A DNA stretch of 64,000 nucleotides from a virus: positions 62,789 to 126,788 of the IMG/VR virus record IMGVR_UViG_3300031370_000002. One strand, given 5' to 3'. Shown piece by piece: positions 19,808 through 28,562 of the stretch (its first letter is position 1; each line of letters begins with the position of its first letter). Below the pieces are notes generated by a model. The model saw only the letters and a list, made by a program, of their open reading frames with translations. It was not told the origin of the DNA and made no database searches. Both the position numbers and the translations under genes were made by a program.

Positions 19808-20722
19808 GTGATGCTTGTTGAAACAAAATCTCTTCGTGAAAGGGTTTTTGATTTCATCAACAATGGCAGTGTAGTTGCTGCTATGTATATGGTCAGTGGG
19901 AAGGAACCCACTGGCAATATCGTTGATGATCTTAAAAATGTACGGGCAATCAACTTACTGAATATTTCCAAAGGCACTAGCGCACTTGCAGGTAACGTAA
20001 CGTTAGATCATCGCGCAAATGTTTTTGGTTATTGTGGATTGGGTGCAAAAAACTATCAGGATGGATCACTCAACGACGAACTTTATGTTGATGCGTATCC
20101 GGTTTGTGTTTATCCTGAATCACTTTATTCTGCATTCGATGCAACACAATTGCTTGGCATTGTGCAGATGCTTGCCGGGTATTACCCACAAACGCCGTTC
20201 GAAACCGCTGGCGTACCAACTTATGCGCAGAACGTTTCACCGGGAAACATGATCGTAGATTACGGAAGCGTTTTTAGTTTCCGCAAACTTAGTCAGTTGA
20301 ACTTTGGAAACCACGCATACAATGGAATGAAAATTGAGTACAGCACTGATGCAGTCACTTGGACAGCGCTTACGGTTGCCAACGTGCGAGTCCAGACTTT
20401 CAATTTTGATGCGCGTTATCTTCGTTATAGTTTAAGTGCAGGAAACGCCAGCGTGATTCGTGCTTCGTTCTCATGGAAAGTTTTGAACAAGGCAAATGCG
20501 TTTACTCAGGAAACTGTTGATAAAATTGTTTTGGTAGCTGCAACAGGCAACATGCAATTTGTGAGTGGCAGTAGCGATTTCACTACCAAACAAAACTATA
20601 TCGGATTGGTTCTTGATATAGGAACGGATTGCACGGTATCGCAAACAAAAACAGGCACAGCACAGTTGCCTTATTTTCACAGTTGCCGTATCGCGTTTGG
20701 CACTACTGTTGTGGAGGCATAA
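19808..20722 (+). CDS. Fibre-family structural protein with discoidin-like insert
   Basis: MIVDYGSV...KIEYSTDAVTWT...DARYLRY pattern. Confidence 0.5.
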   Translation: MMLVETKSLRERVFDFINNGSVVAAMYMVSGKEPTGNIVDDLKNVRAINLLNISKGTSALAGNVTLDHRANVFGYCGLGAKNYQDGSLNDELYVDAYPVCVYPESLYSAFDATQLLGIVQMLAGYYPQTPFETAGVPTYAQNVSPGNMIVDYGSVFSFRKLSQLNFGNHAYNGMKIEYSTDAVTWTALTVANVRVQTFNFDARYLRYSLSAGNASVIRASFSWKVLNKANAFTQETVDKIVLVAATGNMQFVSGSSDFTTKQNYIGLVLDIGTDCTVSQTKTGTAQLPYFHSCRIAFGTTVVEA

Positions 20723-21340
20723 ATGCGTTGTGTTCCCGGAAGTATTCGAACTGTTCTTTTTGAACGTGCAACACGATTATCAGGAACAAGCATGGCTGCG
20801 CTTCCCGCTGTGATTATGTTTTTCGACGGCGTAATGCCAGACAAAGACACAATCAAAACTCAGTTTGCAGCAGGCGTAGGCCGTCAACTTGGTTTGTATA
20901 ATGTTTTGAATCCAAAATCTGCAAACTATATGGGCGGCGTTGGCTGGATGTATGGTTGGAACCGTGTGCTGTCTCCAAACATTGATGAAATTGAATTAGC
21001 GTTGAGTTATGCGGGAGATTATTCTTCTCGTAATCAAACAGGAACAGGCGCAGAAACTGATCCGTTAATGACACGACAGGCACGTATCCATCGCGCCGGA
21101 ACTCCAACGTGGTTTGCTATCGCACTTTATAGTACAGGCGTGGCTAACTTAAACACTGACACAATTCCCGTAGGAAACAACACGTCGCAACTTTATTTTG
21201 CTGCGGTTGGAACAGTGGGAAATGAAGATAGCACTGCGGATCTAAAACTTGTGGGTGGAACTCTTGCGCTTACACAAGGCAGTCCGATCGATCTTAGCAA
21301 AGCGCCTGTTATCAGTAATTTAAAGCTCAGGCTCCGTTAA
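20723..21340 (+). CDS. Fibre-family structural protein (minimal scaffold)
   Basis: FFDGVMP, AGTPTWF and GTVGNEDSTADLKLVGG motifs. 16/17 aa identical to the motif in 19244-19801. Confidence 0.7.
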   Translation: MRCVPGSIRTVLFERATRLSGTSMAALPAVIMFFDGVMPDKDTIKTQFAAGVGRQLGLYNVLNPKSANYMGGVGWMYGWNRVLSPNIDEIELALSYAGDYSSRNQTGTGAETDPLMTRQARIHRAGTPTWFAIALYSTGVANLNTDTIPVGNNTSQLYFAAVGTVGNEDSTADLKLVGGTLALTQGSPIDLSKAPVISNLKLRLR

Positions 21341-21360
21341 TTTATCAAAGGAAATTTACC

Positions 21361-21600
21361 ATGAAAACTGTTGTAGCTTTAGCAGCAAAAGAATTCACAA
21401 GCGTCAGCGCAGACCAATCGTTTTTGCAGGAAGAATATCAAAACCTGTTTCGTGAGGAACTGGCAGCGCGTGAAGTAAGTAGCCCTTCGCAACTGACAGA
21501 TGATCAGCTTAGCGAGTTTTTCTCTGGTATCAGTACCAAATGGAAAGCGCGTAAACTGCAATTCTTTAAGGAAGGGAAAATCGACGATAGTAAACTGTAG
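21361..21600 (+). CDS. Small acidic protein, possible prohead core-like
   Basis: 79 aa. YQNLFREEL...VSSPSQLTDDQLSEFF...KWK recalls small head-associated proteins of large myoviruses. Confidence 0.35.
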   Translation: MKTVVALAAKEFTSVSADQSFLQEEYQNLFREELAAREVSSPSQLTDDQLSEFFSGISTKWKARKLQFFKEGKIDDSKL

Positions 21601-21609
21601 AGGTAGACA

Positions 21610-21957
21610 ATGTTACCTGATGTGCAAGAAGTGATTAAACACTATGATTGGTTTCAGTTGTTCGGCTTTCTTTGCACTTGGGTAGGCGGCGTTCTTGTCA
21701 ATTACGTTCAAAAGACAAAGCGTGAAGGTTTGAATTGGCGTCAATACTGGACAAACAACCCGTTCTCTACGATTGCGAGTGTGTTTGTCAGTGTTGGCCT
21801 TTTCGTTAACTTGATCGGCTCTGGCGAAAGTAATCACATTACGTTCTTCTCTGTTGCATTTATGGCTGAAAACCTTATCAACAACGGATCGAACCGTAAC
21901 AACGCGAACGACTCAAATGCAAAACCTGACGACCAGCGAGTAGACCAAAATGGATAA
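21610..21957 (+). CDS. Putative holin-like membrane protein
   Basis: 115 aa with 2-3 hydrophobic segments and a hydrophilic charged C-tail. Sits upstream of the spanin-like genes. Confidence 0.5.
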   Translation: MLPDVQEVIKHYDWFQLFGFLCTWVGGVLVNYVQKTKREGLNWRQYWTNNPFSTIASVFVSVGLFVNLIGSGESNHITFFSVAFMAENLINNGSNRNNANDSNAKPDDQRVDQNG

Positions 21958-22231
21958 GCTCAAAAAGTATTGGCTGTGGTTTGTTGGTTTTATTGGCGTA
22001 TGTGTAGGAATCTTTTTAGTACGTCCAAACGCACGGAAAACTTCTAACGGTATCTCTGAACTCCAGAAAGCCGAAAACAAAATTCGCGAGAAAGCCGTAG
22101 AGCAGCAACGGAAAGATGCTCAAGCGGTAACGGAAGATGTTAGTAAGTTGAATGAGGAACGAAAGCCGGATGCAGTGGCAAACGAAAACGATGACATGGA
22201 TAAGTTGAGCGAGGAATATAAAAAGCTATGA
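21950..22231 (+). CDS. Putative i-spanin-like protein
   Basis: N-terminal TM segment (YWLWFVGFIGVCVGIFLV) followed by a charged coiled coil. Overlaps both neighbours. Confidence 0.55.
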   Translation: MDKLKKYWLWFVGFIGVCVGIFLVRPNARKTSNGISELQKAENKIREKAVEQQRKDAQAVTEDVSKLNEERKPDAVANENDDMDKLSEEYKKL

Positions 22232-22692
22232 AGATATTAATTCTTCTGTGCGCTTTTGTGCTGTGTGGTTGTAGCGGTTTGGGAGCAATTCCGGATCAGC
22301 AGAAAACAACCATGCAGCAGATTCCGCGAGTTGAACGTCTTACGTGGGATAAGGTTGAGGTTCCTGCTAAGCCAGAAGTAACAGTGAAAGTTTTCGAAGG
22401 TAAAAAGTTAGCTACGCTGGATAACAAAGGCATGGCAGACTTAATCAAACTTTATTCAGCAGCAAAGAATCGTACTGATGAAACAAATCAGTTGATCGTT
22501 GTTCTGAATAAAACTATCGACGAAAGAAATAAACTGTTGGAATTGGCGCAGGCAGAAGAATTAAGATCGAATGGTCTTGCGAAGGATTTAACAGCGGAAC
22601 GTGAAGCGCGGATTCGTGAACAAAAAGCAGCAGACTTACAACTAACTATCACTCGCTTGATTGCGATTGTGGCGGTTGGATTTGCGTTATAA
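22228..22692 (+). CDS. Spanin-like lipoprotein with hydrophobic C-terminus
   Basis: Signal MKILILLCAFVLCG-C with Ser at +2, then a coiled coil, ending in LIAIVAVGFAL. Confidence 0.6.
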   Translation: MKILILLCAFVLCGCSGLGAIPDQQKTTMQQIPRVERLTWDKVEVPAKPEVTVKVFEGKKLATLDNKGMADLIKLYSAAKNRTDETNQLIVVLNKTIDERNKLLELAQAEELRSNGLAKDLTAEREARIREQKAADLQLTITRLIAIVAVGFAL

Positions 22693-22697
22693 AAAAT

Positions 22698-22728
22698 AAA
22701 GGGGAAGCCATTGCGGTTTCCCCTTTTT
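22698..22728. terminator. Bidirectional intrinsic terminator between the convergent blocks
   Basis: A-tract, AAAGGGGAAGCC-ATTGC-GGTTTCCCTTT hairpin, then T-tract. Lies exactly at the strand switch. Confidence 0.85.
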
Positions 22729-22733
22729 TGCGT

Positions 22734-23588
22734 TTACAGCATTTGTTTCAGAACACGCTTAAATGCTTTTGCATGTTCCAGCGTAGTGTCAAGCATATCA
22801 CCAACACCGCTAATGTGCTGGCTGAACGTTGAACCAGTGACCGTGGTAACTTCTTCCGGAATCTCGCTGTTTGATTCGGTAGCTTGTCCGAACAACATTA
22901 CGCTCAGCGCGTCCATTGTAGAGCGCACATGCTGGTTCATATCGTTGATCCATGTTTCAGCCATATAGTAACCTGCATGGCCTGCCAAATCACGCGACAT
23001 AAGATCAGCGTACACCGATTCACGATCCGGATCTTGTCCGATGAGTGTATCTGCGGCACGGTTCAGAACATACGCCATTGCAGCCAGCGAAGTTACGCCA
23101 CGCTCACCAACAACAGTAAACGGACGCGGTTTAGTACCACCGTTGTTTGTACGAATGTAGTCGCAAACCTGTTCCAGATATTTTTCGAAGTTACATGCGA
23201 TACGCGCATCGCTGTCTTCCATGCAATCTTCATCGTGATCAGAGAAGCGCAGATCCAGCGGAGTTGATGGGATAACGCCCATTGCGTAGAAAGCATTTTC
23301 AAAATCAATCGCGGTATAAATCAAACCACAACTGAGGCGTTTGATGCGATGCGTATCAGTTTCGGATTCATCAAAACCGTCTTCCGAACAATCATCCAGA
23401 TCAATATCTTCTGGTTCGATGGCTGCGGCGCGAGTTGCTTTCACTTTCTTTTCAGATTTGTTAGTTTTCATTTCTTCACTTGGATTCAGACTGGTTTCAA
23501 CACAAGGAGCATCCACCAAAACACTTTGGAAGCGTCCGGTTTTTGGATCGCGAATAGTTTGCTTAACTTGCTTAACTGGAATCGGCAT
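22734..23588 (-). CDS. Hypothetical acidic protein
   Basis: 284 aa with an N-terminal RDPKTGRF motif and an acidic stretch. Confidence 0.65.
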   Translation of the reverse strand: MPIPVKQVKQTIRDPKTGRFQSVLVDAPCVETSLNPSEEMKTNKSEKKVKATRAAAIEPEDIDLDDCSEDGFDESETDTHRIKRLSCGLIYTAIDFENAFYAMGVIPSTPLDLRFSDHDEDCMEDSDARIACNFEKYLEQVCDYIRTNNGGTKPRPFTVVGERGVTSLAAMAYVLNRAADTLIGQDPDRESVYADLMSRDLAGHAGYYMAETWINDMNQHVRSTMDALSVMLFGQATESNSEIPEEVTTVTGSTFSQHISGVGDMLDTTLEHAKAFKRVLKQML

Positions 23589-24322
23589 TAGATTGCCTCA
23601 TTAATACGGTACTGAATAGCGTTCAGCTTGTTCAGCAGATTTTCCAGATTTCCGTTCACAGTCTGAATCATGCGCAGAGTACCAACGCTATCAATAGACC
23701 ACGCCGCTTGTTTATCTTTGCCTTCTTCTTCATCTTCGTTGCCAAAGACAGTGAAGACGATTCGATCCAGCAGTTCGTTAATCACATTCATGTGATGGCT
23801 GTTGCTATGGAAAAGCTGCGAAACATAACGACCGCCAACTGTGTTAGTTGCTGCGTATTCGACAGGTTCAGCGATTGTGTTTTCTTCACCGCTGTCTTCC
23901 GGCTGCACTTCCAAACCATTAACCACATCAAGCAGTATGTTCGAAACACTTCCGAGATAGGTTTGGATCATCGACAGTGCGCTACCGATGTTTTGATCGG
24001 CTTGCGATTTGAAATCGTTCAGGCATACGGTCAAACTTTCAGTGCGCATGATAACGCCTTCCTGAGTTTGTTCCATACCGTAAAGCAAACCAGTTTTTAA
24101 CAGCGCCTGAATAAAAGTGTTTGAACTAACGATCAGGTTGTCGATATGATTCATCGACTCCAGAACCGGGCTGTTTGAAGCAAGTTCAGCTTGCAGCCTG
24201 GCCTGACGCGGTGTGTTTGCCTCATTTTCGCGAACAGCAGAAGTGCGACCGGATACAGCAGCGCCACGATCAACACGACCTAGTGCTTGCTCACCAGTTG
24301 TTTTAGTGCCTTTAGCTTTCAT
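23588..24322 (-). CDS. Hypothetical helical protein
   Basis: 244 aa, coupled to the downstream gene by TAATG. Confidence 0.65.
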   Translation of the reverse strand: MKAKGTKTTGEQALGRVDRGAAVSGRTSAVRENEANTPRQARLQAELASNSPVLESMNHIDNLIVSSNTFIQALLKTGLLYGMEQTQEGVIMRTESLTVCLNDFKSQADQNIGSALSMIQTYLGSVSNILLDVVNGLEVQPEDSGEENTIAEPVEYAATNTVGGRYVSQLFHSNSHHMNVINELLDRIVFTVFGNEDEEEGKDKQAAWSIDSVGTLRMIQTVNGNLENLLNKLNAIQYRINEAI

Positions 24323-24323
24323 G

Positions 24324-25064
24324 TTAGCAGAATTCCTTGTTCAGTTTAGAGATTTTGTGGTACGCCAGAACTTCATCCTGAGTAGGATTGTTCGAATTCT
24401 TGAAACTGCTTACGAATTTCAGAATTGACGTAATGTTGTAATACTTGGACAGATCCAACAAGCCTTTTTCTCTGCTTCCTGCCGCCAGAACATCTACGCG
24501 TTTGTTTGTCTGGCAGATTTTCAAAACAACTTCGCCGTTTGGAACCATTTCAGGCAGTGCGCGAATAGCACCAATAACGCCAGCATCCAGATCGGTATGG
24601 TCAGCCAGAAAGTTGAACATACGTTTGCCGTATTCAACGTTAGCGGTAAGAATAAACAGTTCGGGCAACACAAATTTGTCGCGGAACATTCCATGCGCTT
24701 CGCTGATTGCGTCAGTAATAATATCTTCAACCGACTTTGTTACTTTTTGGACAGCATCAGCAATCAGCGTGTGATAGCTGGTATGCAATTCGGTTTCGGT
24801 AATGGAATGGTTATCGGTATAACACATTCCTGCGTCGTTAACTTTTACCAGTGCCTGCGCTTCGACGATCTTGCGAGTACCAAAAGCAGAAAACGGAAAC
24901 GCAACTTCTTTAGTTCCTACTTTGGTTTCGATCATCATGCCAAACTCTGCGTTGTTACGCGGCATACCCACTTTACCTAAATACATTTGATGCGCGAGAT
25001 TGTGAACCGTGTTCTTACGCATAATGTCAATCTGGTCACTACACAAAACGATTTGGTCTGACAT
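24324..25064 (-). CDS. Hypothetical protein
   Basis: 246 aa with RBS GAGG. Confidence 0.65.
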   Translation of the reverse strand: MSDQIVLCSDQIDIMRKNTVHNLAHQMYLGKVGMPRNNAEFGMMIETKVGTKEVAFPFSAFGTRKIVEAQALVKVNDAGMCYTDNHSITETELHTSYHTLIADAVQKVTKSVEDIITDAISEAHGMFRDKFVLPELFILTANVEYGKRMFNFLADHTDLDAGVIGAIRALPEMVPNGEVVLKICQTNKRVDVLAAGSREKGLLDLSKYYNITSILKFVSSFKNSNNPTQDEVLAYHKISKLNKEFC

Positions 25065-25071
25065 GTTTACC

Positions 25072-25404
25072 TCAAGATTTTTTGAGCGTGTTCAGCAAAT
25101 TTGTTGCTGCGCGACTGCGGTCAAAGCTGGCATAGCTTTCAAAACCACTTTTCGAAAAAGCCCTGTACTCACGATTCAAAACTTTTGAATGAGTCGAACC
25201 GTAAGAAATGAAACTGCCCTTCTCCATCCACTTTACAGATTCAAGTGGAATCTTAACAAAGCCCAGCAGGTTAGGAGTCTCCCACTGAAACACACGACCG
25301 AAGATCCGGACGCTGCGAATAGTCTCAGCAGTAACGGTATCTCCTGCTAATGTCATATCCTTTACAGATACCCACGTTGCAAACCAGCGTCCGAAGTAAG
25401 TCAT
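25072..25404 (-). CDS. Hypothetical protein
   Basis: 110 aa with TAATG coupling to the upstream gene. Confidence 0.6.
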   Translation of the reverse strand: MTYFGRWFATWVSVKDMTLAGDTVTAETIRSVRIFGRVFQWETPNLLGFVKIPLESVKWMEKGSFISYGSTHSKVLNREYRAFSKSGFESYASFDRSRAATNLLNTLKKS

Positions 25405-26009
25405 TACATCTTTCTCCTAAAGTTTCTGTGTTGCGCCATTCGTTTTTGTTTGGGATCGTGATTCTGTTTATAGAAACGTTTACGATCCATGCTTGCAAAG
25501 TTTCCTTTGGTTCGCATAAAGCCTTCCGGCTCACTAAACAAACTTGCAAGGGAAGGACAGCCCCACGCATCGTCAATATCTTTCTGCATCTTTTTCATTA
25601 CAGCGCGTAAGTCCGTAACAGAGTGCATTGGAATTTCAATTGCTTCCAACTGACGCATTAACTCTGAGTCCAAACTTTCGAGAAGTTTTAAACGCAGTGC
25701 TTCGCGTTTTAAAGCGTAGAAAACGTGGCGAACACCTTCACAGGAAATCGGTGCGTTTTCGTCTTCGCTCCAATAAACTTCGGTGTCCGGTTTCCAGTTT
25801 TCACCGTACGCTTTATCATAAGCACGTTTAACGGCAGCGTGTTCTTCCGGCGTAACAGGATCAATCAGAAAATCCATTACACGAAACTTTTCTGCATCGC
25901 CGCCCATTCGCAAATGCGCAAGATTGAACATCGCGCCAATCAGATAGTATTCTTCCTGAGTTAAGGGATCGCTTTTAATCCGCTGTTCAATTCCAAAATC
26001 ACCAATCAT
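25404..26009 (-). CDS. Hypothetical protein
   Basis: 201 aa with a basic C-tail. Confidence 0.6.
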   Translation of the reverse strand: MIGDFGIEQRIKSDPLTQEEYYLIGAMFNLAHLRMGGDAEKFRVMDFLIDPVTPEEHAAVKRAYDKAYGENWKPDTEVYWSEDENAPISCEGVRHVFYALKREALRLKLLESLDSELMRQLEAIEIPMHSVTDLRAVMKKMQKDIDDAWGCPSLASLFSEPEGFMRTKGNFASMDRKRFYKQNHDPKQKRMAQHRNFRRKM

Positions 26010-26233
26010 CGACGACCTCGCTTTATTCGTTGTTGTGGTTTGTTTACAGATTTGAAATTGCGACGAGGATCGCGCACGTCACGGCGATTGTTAAACGTGT
26101 TAAAATCAGGCTGTGCAAATGGATCAACAACTTGAACAGAACCCAGCGTGATATGATCGGCAGACAAGGCGCTCAAACCTAGAGAGGATACCGCGCCACC
26201 AATCACGACGATTTTTGTTTTATCTTCCGTCAT
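26006..26233 (-). CDS. Small hypothetical protein
   Basis: Start moved to the ATG at 26233 (MTEDKTK), which overlaps the upstream stop. Arg/Lys-rich tail. Confidence 0.5.
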   Translation of the reverse strand: MTEDKTKIVVIGGAVSSLGLSALSADHITLGSVQVVDPFAQPDFNTFNNRRDVRDPRRNFKSVNKPQQRIKRGRR

Positions 26234-26684
26234 TTTTATCACCAAAGATAAGTGCTTTAGCTTGATCGGTTTTCCAACGTTTCCAATCACCATAAACACG
26301 TTCGACACGTTCTTTATTTTCGTTATCCACGCGCTGCATGTTACGCTCACTGTCAGTAATCGCGTCAACATCACCACAGAAATAATCTTTGAACGTTGCC
26401 TCACATCCTGCAATCTGGCGCGTGTGTTCAGGTAACTCGCTGCTACACCAAACAGTATCGCCTTCCTGCAAAATTTCATTCACGTAATCCGCAACACTCA
26501 TAGCCAGATTTTTCGGATTCGTGTTCACAATGTTGTGAGTTTTTCTTTCACCGTTACGATTTTCAATAACGGTTGCCACCAGATTGTACTCTTTATTCCA
26601 ATCAGGACAAACACGAATAGCAATTTGAGCAACGGACAGATCACTTCCTTTCTGCGCACGTTTGTATACCAATCTTGCAGTCAT
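26220..26684 (-). CDS. Hypothetical protein
   Basis: Start moved to the ATG at 26684 with RBS GAGG. Confidence 0.6.
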   Translation of the reverse strand: MTARLVYKRAQKGSDLSVAQIAIRVCPDWNKEYNLVATVIENRNGERKTHNIVNTNPKNLAMSVADYVNEILQEGDTVWCSSELPEHTRQIAGCEATFKDYFCGDVDAITDSERNMQRVDNENKERVERVYGDWKRWKTDQAKALIFGDKNDGR

Positions 26685-26691
26685 ACAAACC

Positions 26692-26922
26692 TCAGTACGC
26701 AACGTAAGAACAGTTATCTTTATTGAGATAGATAACAAGGTTCTTGAACGGTTTAATTAACTTTGGAAAAGTCTTGCCACTAAAATGGCCCTGACCTATC
26801 CCACCAGCAGCGTAAAACACTTTGCAATCAACTGGCACACGAACTTTTGAGTAACAGTCAACGACGTTAACTTTGTGCGTGGCACGAACTTGATCCAATG
26901 CGGCTTTCAGCTTCGCATCCAT
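26692..26922 (-). CDS. Small hypothetical protein
   Basis: Start moved to the ATG at 26922 (MDAKLK) with RBS GGAG. Confidence 0.55.
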   Translation of the reverse strand: MDAKLKAALDQVRATHKVNVVDCYSKVRVPVDCKVFYAAGGIGQGHFSGKTFPKLIKPFKNLVIYLNKDNCSYVAY

Positions 26923-27283
26923 TTGGTTTCTCCAGAGGAACAACATTATCGGGTAGAGCATTGCAAGCAACAAACTTAGAAACCTTACTGTCAAAGTTTC
27001 CGGTAAGCACTTCAACGCCGTTTATCACTTCATAAATCTTTTTGTTTCTACGAACGAAATTAAGAACTTCTACCTCACGCAAGCAAATAAGCGAAAGAGT
27101 TTGAGTCTTGATTTCTTCGTACGCCACGGCGAAAACTTTGTCTTCCGTAACATGCTCATAGATAAACGCCTGCAATGTGCAAACGTTCTTACCTTGAGCC
27201 AATACGTGCAAAGCATTACGACGAGCGCGGCGTGTGATACGTGCCCGCGTAGTGTGCTGGTCAATCCCGATACGTTGAAACAT
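26867..27283 (-). CDS. Hypothetical protein
   Basis: 138 aa starting 3 nt after the HD gene stop. Confidence 0.5.
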   Translation of the reverse strand: MFQRIGIDQHTTRARITRRARRNALHVLAQGKNVCTLQAFIYEHVTEDKVFAVAYEEIKTQTLSLICLREVEVLNFVRRNKKIYEVINGVEVLTGNFDSKVSKFVACNALPDNVVPLEKPNGCEAESRIGSSSCHAQS

Positions 27284-27286
27284 TCG

Positions 27287-27856
27287 TCAGCCTTTTTCGA
27301 GAAGGAATCTCAGGTGCATGTGCTCTGAACGGATTCCTTCCATGTTTGCTTCGACCGCTTGTTTTGCGCGAAGGATTAAAAGTGGATCGGCTTCGTATAA
27401 ATGATCGATAACAATCATTTTCTCTGCCGTGTATTGCGCCGCAAAATCCGGATTCACTTCACCGAACTTTTTCATGTTACTGATAATGTCAGCACACTTA
27501 ACGTTCTGCGCCTGCTCATTTGATTTAGTCAGATGATGCACGTTTTGCCAGAAGCGTTCTTTACGTGGAACAGATTTATCTTCTGCCACGTTGGTTACGC
27601 CGTTAACGATCTCTGCGACAACTTTACCGAACGAGTCTTCGATTTCCTGAATGGTGCAGTCGGTATCTTCAACCACGTCATGCAGTACGCCAGCAACGAT
27701 TGTTTCGATTGGCATATCCGTATCGCGAAGAATTTCGGCAACGTTGATCGGATGCAGGATATAAGGCTCATTCGTATATTTGCGATACTGACCGCGATGT
27801 GCCCGTGCTGCGAACTCAATTGCTTTCTGGTAAAGATCAGCTTCCTGAATTTCCAT
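27287..27856 (-). CDS. HD-domain hydrolase, RelA/SpoT-hydrolase (Mesh1-like) family
   Basis: AARAHRGQYRK, PYILHP, LHDVVEDT and VKCADIISN motifs. Confidence 0.85.
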   Translation of the reverse strand: MEIQEADLYQKAIEFAARAHRGQYRKYTNEPYILHPINVAEILRDTDMPIETIVAGVLHDVVEDTDCTIQEIEDSFGKVVAEIVNGVTNVAEDKSVPRKERFWQNVHHLTKSNEQAQNVKCADIISNMKKFGEVNPDFAAQYTAEKMIVIDHLYEADPLLILRAKQAVEANMEGIRSEHMHLRFLLEKG

Positions 27857-27873
27857 TGTGTTCTCCTGAAAGG

Positions 27874-28236
27874 TTACGATTTTACTTTACACTTTTTTCT
27901 ACGTTTCTTTCTCAGCTTTCTCAGAATGTTCATCAAACGATGCGCCCACTCTGCCGCTTCTGCCAGTGCGTCACCGTGACAGCGTTTCGGTTTACACCAG
28001 CAGCCTAACTTTTTACCATACAACTTTTCCAATTCACTTAGAGTTATATCGCCTGCGTGGATCTTTTCCCACAATTCCTTTTTGTGTTCGTCGCAAACTC
28101 GATCACGTTCAGCAACGGTTTCTTCCTTCATAAAATGACGGTTGCCCCATTTGCTTTGGCGATCTATTCGAACGTCGAAGTTTTTATTGCCGTTCCTCAT
28201 GCTCACAACTTCGGTGCGTCGAAAAGCAAGAAACAT
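27874..28236 (-). CDS. DUF4326 family protein
   Basis: VRIDRQSKWGN...LYGKKLGCWCKPKRCHGDAL signature. Confidence 0.8.
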   Translation of the reverse strand: MFLAFRRTEVVSMRNGNKNFDVRIDRQSKWGNRHFMKEETVAERDRVCDEHKKELWEKIHAGDITLSELEKLYGKKLGCWCKPKRCHGDALAEAAEWAHRLMNILRKLRKKRRKKCKVKS

Positions 28237-28562
28237 TAATCCTGCCCGGTGCAGCTAACTGTTCCGTCAGCTTTTGCTGTCATGGTTAGCACAAGGTTTG
28301 CCGCGCATCGGTAAGGTTTCAAATACGGGCCTCCTTTCGGTTGAATTCGTGCAAATTCCACGTCACGATGATTATTGTAATACTTGCTGCAACAAACGTG
28401 AACATGGCTACCGTCTTCCAGTTGAGCGCCGTAAATAAAACCGACCAGAGAATCTTGCAGACCTTTGCGACACTCAACAACAAGATGCTCAAGCATTTTC
28501 TTTCGTGCAATTTCCAGCGGCCCGTAAACCGGAAAATCGAATTTTACTAATTCAACCTGCAT
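28236..28562 (-). CDS. Hypothetical protein
   Basis: 108 aa, overlapping both neighbours. Confidence 0.55.
   Translation of the reverse strand: MQVELVKFDFPVYGPLEIARKKMLEHLVVECRKGLQDSLVGFIYGAQLEDGSHVHVCCSKYYNNHRDVEFARIQPKGGPYLKPYRCAANLVLTMTAKADGTVSCTGQD

Noticed and set aside
19697-21259. Possible DGR template/variable repeat pair
   Set aside because: Differences are synonymous third-position changes, not adenine-specific, and no reverse transcriptase is present.
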